Shown one piece after another: positions 63,227 to 64,000 of a stretch of DNA of 64,000 nucleotides. Each line of letters opens with the position of its first letter. Position 1 is the stretch's first letter. The stretch comes from an uncultured Actinomycetota bacterium (GTDB lineage Bacteria > Actinomycetota > Actinomycetes > Propionibacteriales > Nocardioidaceae): assembly GCA_963825755.1 (NCBI GenBank), contig CAWGUS010000003.1:15416-79415 (forward strand), given 5' to 3'. The notes under the pieces are model-generated. The model saw nothing but the letters and a program-made list of their open reading frames with translations, was not told the origin of the DNA and did no database searches. The position numbers were made by a program, and so were the translations under genes.

Positions 63227-64000
63227 TCAGCCCCGACGCAGCTCGGCCCGGGAACGGTCCAGCGCGTCGTCCGGCCCGTGCTCGCGAAGGTCGCGGAGGA
63301 AGTTGTACTCGCCGGGCTGGAAGTGGATGTTGCTCAGCGATGCCGCCACCACGGTCGTGGCGGCGAACGAGTCGGCCGATCCCCATCTTCTCCAGGCTCG
63401 CGAACACGGCGTACTTCTCGGTGACGATGCCGTCGCGCATGATCGACGCACACACGGACGCGAGCTCGCGCGCCCCGGCTCGGGCGTCGTCGACGACCTG
63501 GTCGACCAGACCGAAGGCCAGGGCCTGCTCGGCCGGCCACACGAGGTTGCCGTACATCAGCTCCTTGGCCCGCTTGAGCCCCACGGTGGCGAAGAGCAGC
63601 GACATGTCGGTGTCCACGCCGATGTTGTGCCAGCGCGGTGAGCCGAACTCCGCGTCGGGAGCGGCCACGACGAGGTCGCTGCAGAGCGTGAGATAGAGAC
63701 CGGTGTCCAGGCAGCGGCCGCGTGCCTCGACGATCGTCACCTTCCGGCAGTGGAGCAGCCGCTGGTAGAGCCCGCGGGGCCCCCACCAGCTGTCGTCGAG
63801 GGCCGTGAGCCGGGCCCTCTGGCTCGGATGCTTGCGTACGGCGCCCCCCGGCGCCTCGACGTACTGAGCCCACGCATCGACCGGGTGCCACCCGGCGGAC
63901 AGGTCGGGCCCCGAACCGCGGATCACGACGGCCTTCACGTCGTCGTCGGCGTCGATGTCGTCGAGGTGCCCGACGAACGCGCGCGCCATCGCCGTGGTCA
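63227..64000 (-). CDS. Enoyl-CoA hydratase/isomerase-family protein (partial at window end; one frameshift)
   Basis: DDDVKAVVIRGSG.DLSAG, KVTI...G.C...G..L.L.SDLVVAA.DA.FG.P, GLVDQVV. Confidence 0.85.

Noticed and set aside
44670-64000. Secondary-metabolite biosynthetic cluster
   Set aside because: No PKS, NRPS, terpene synthase, ACP or RiPP precursor seen. The uptake protein and beta-oxidation set favour catabolism, though the cluster continues past the window.

Overview
High-GC actinobacterial chromosome segment, Nocardioides-like by gene content, REP-type repeats and many apparently leaderless genes. Many conserved genes carry frameshifts, most simply explained as long-read or low-coverage errors. 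There are three zones. (1) 1-32.3 kb is conserved backbone: nei, rpiB, metG, pepN, mscS, glbO, thiolase, ettA, a second ABC-F with an attenuator-like leader, an ECF sigma factor, ssb with a dynamin-like pair, PrsW, pepP and rlmC. (2) A ~10.9 kb element is integrated in tRNA-Arg(UCU), bounded by a 45-bp att duplication with arm-type repeats. It resembles a phage satellite/PICI: excisionase-like HTH, RHH protein, Toprim-PriCT-D5 primase-helicase, iteron-like origin, terminase-small-subunit-like Zn protein, serine recombinase and tyrosine integrase. Its cargo slot holds a HEPN/MltR-like protein, an unannotated 48-aa Cys/His microprotein, a 2-TM protein and a structured non-coding region. An IS481-family element with a 17-bp target duplication sits at attR. 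(3) From 44.7 kb to the window end is a ~20-gene catabolic cluster: P450 with two ferredoxins and a reductase, a PRISE-type reductase, three SnoaL/NTF2 proteins, thiolase/DUF35, CoA ligase, ACAD, SDRs and hydratases. Its promoter regions share a TTAAC-N3-GTTAA palindrome, probably read by the cluster MarR. All protein calls come from motif recognition by eye; no database search was run.
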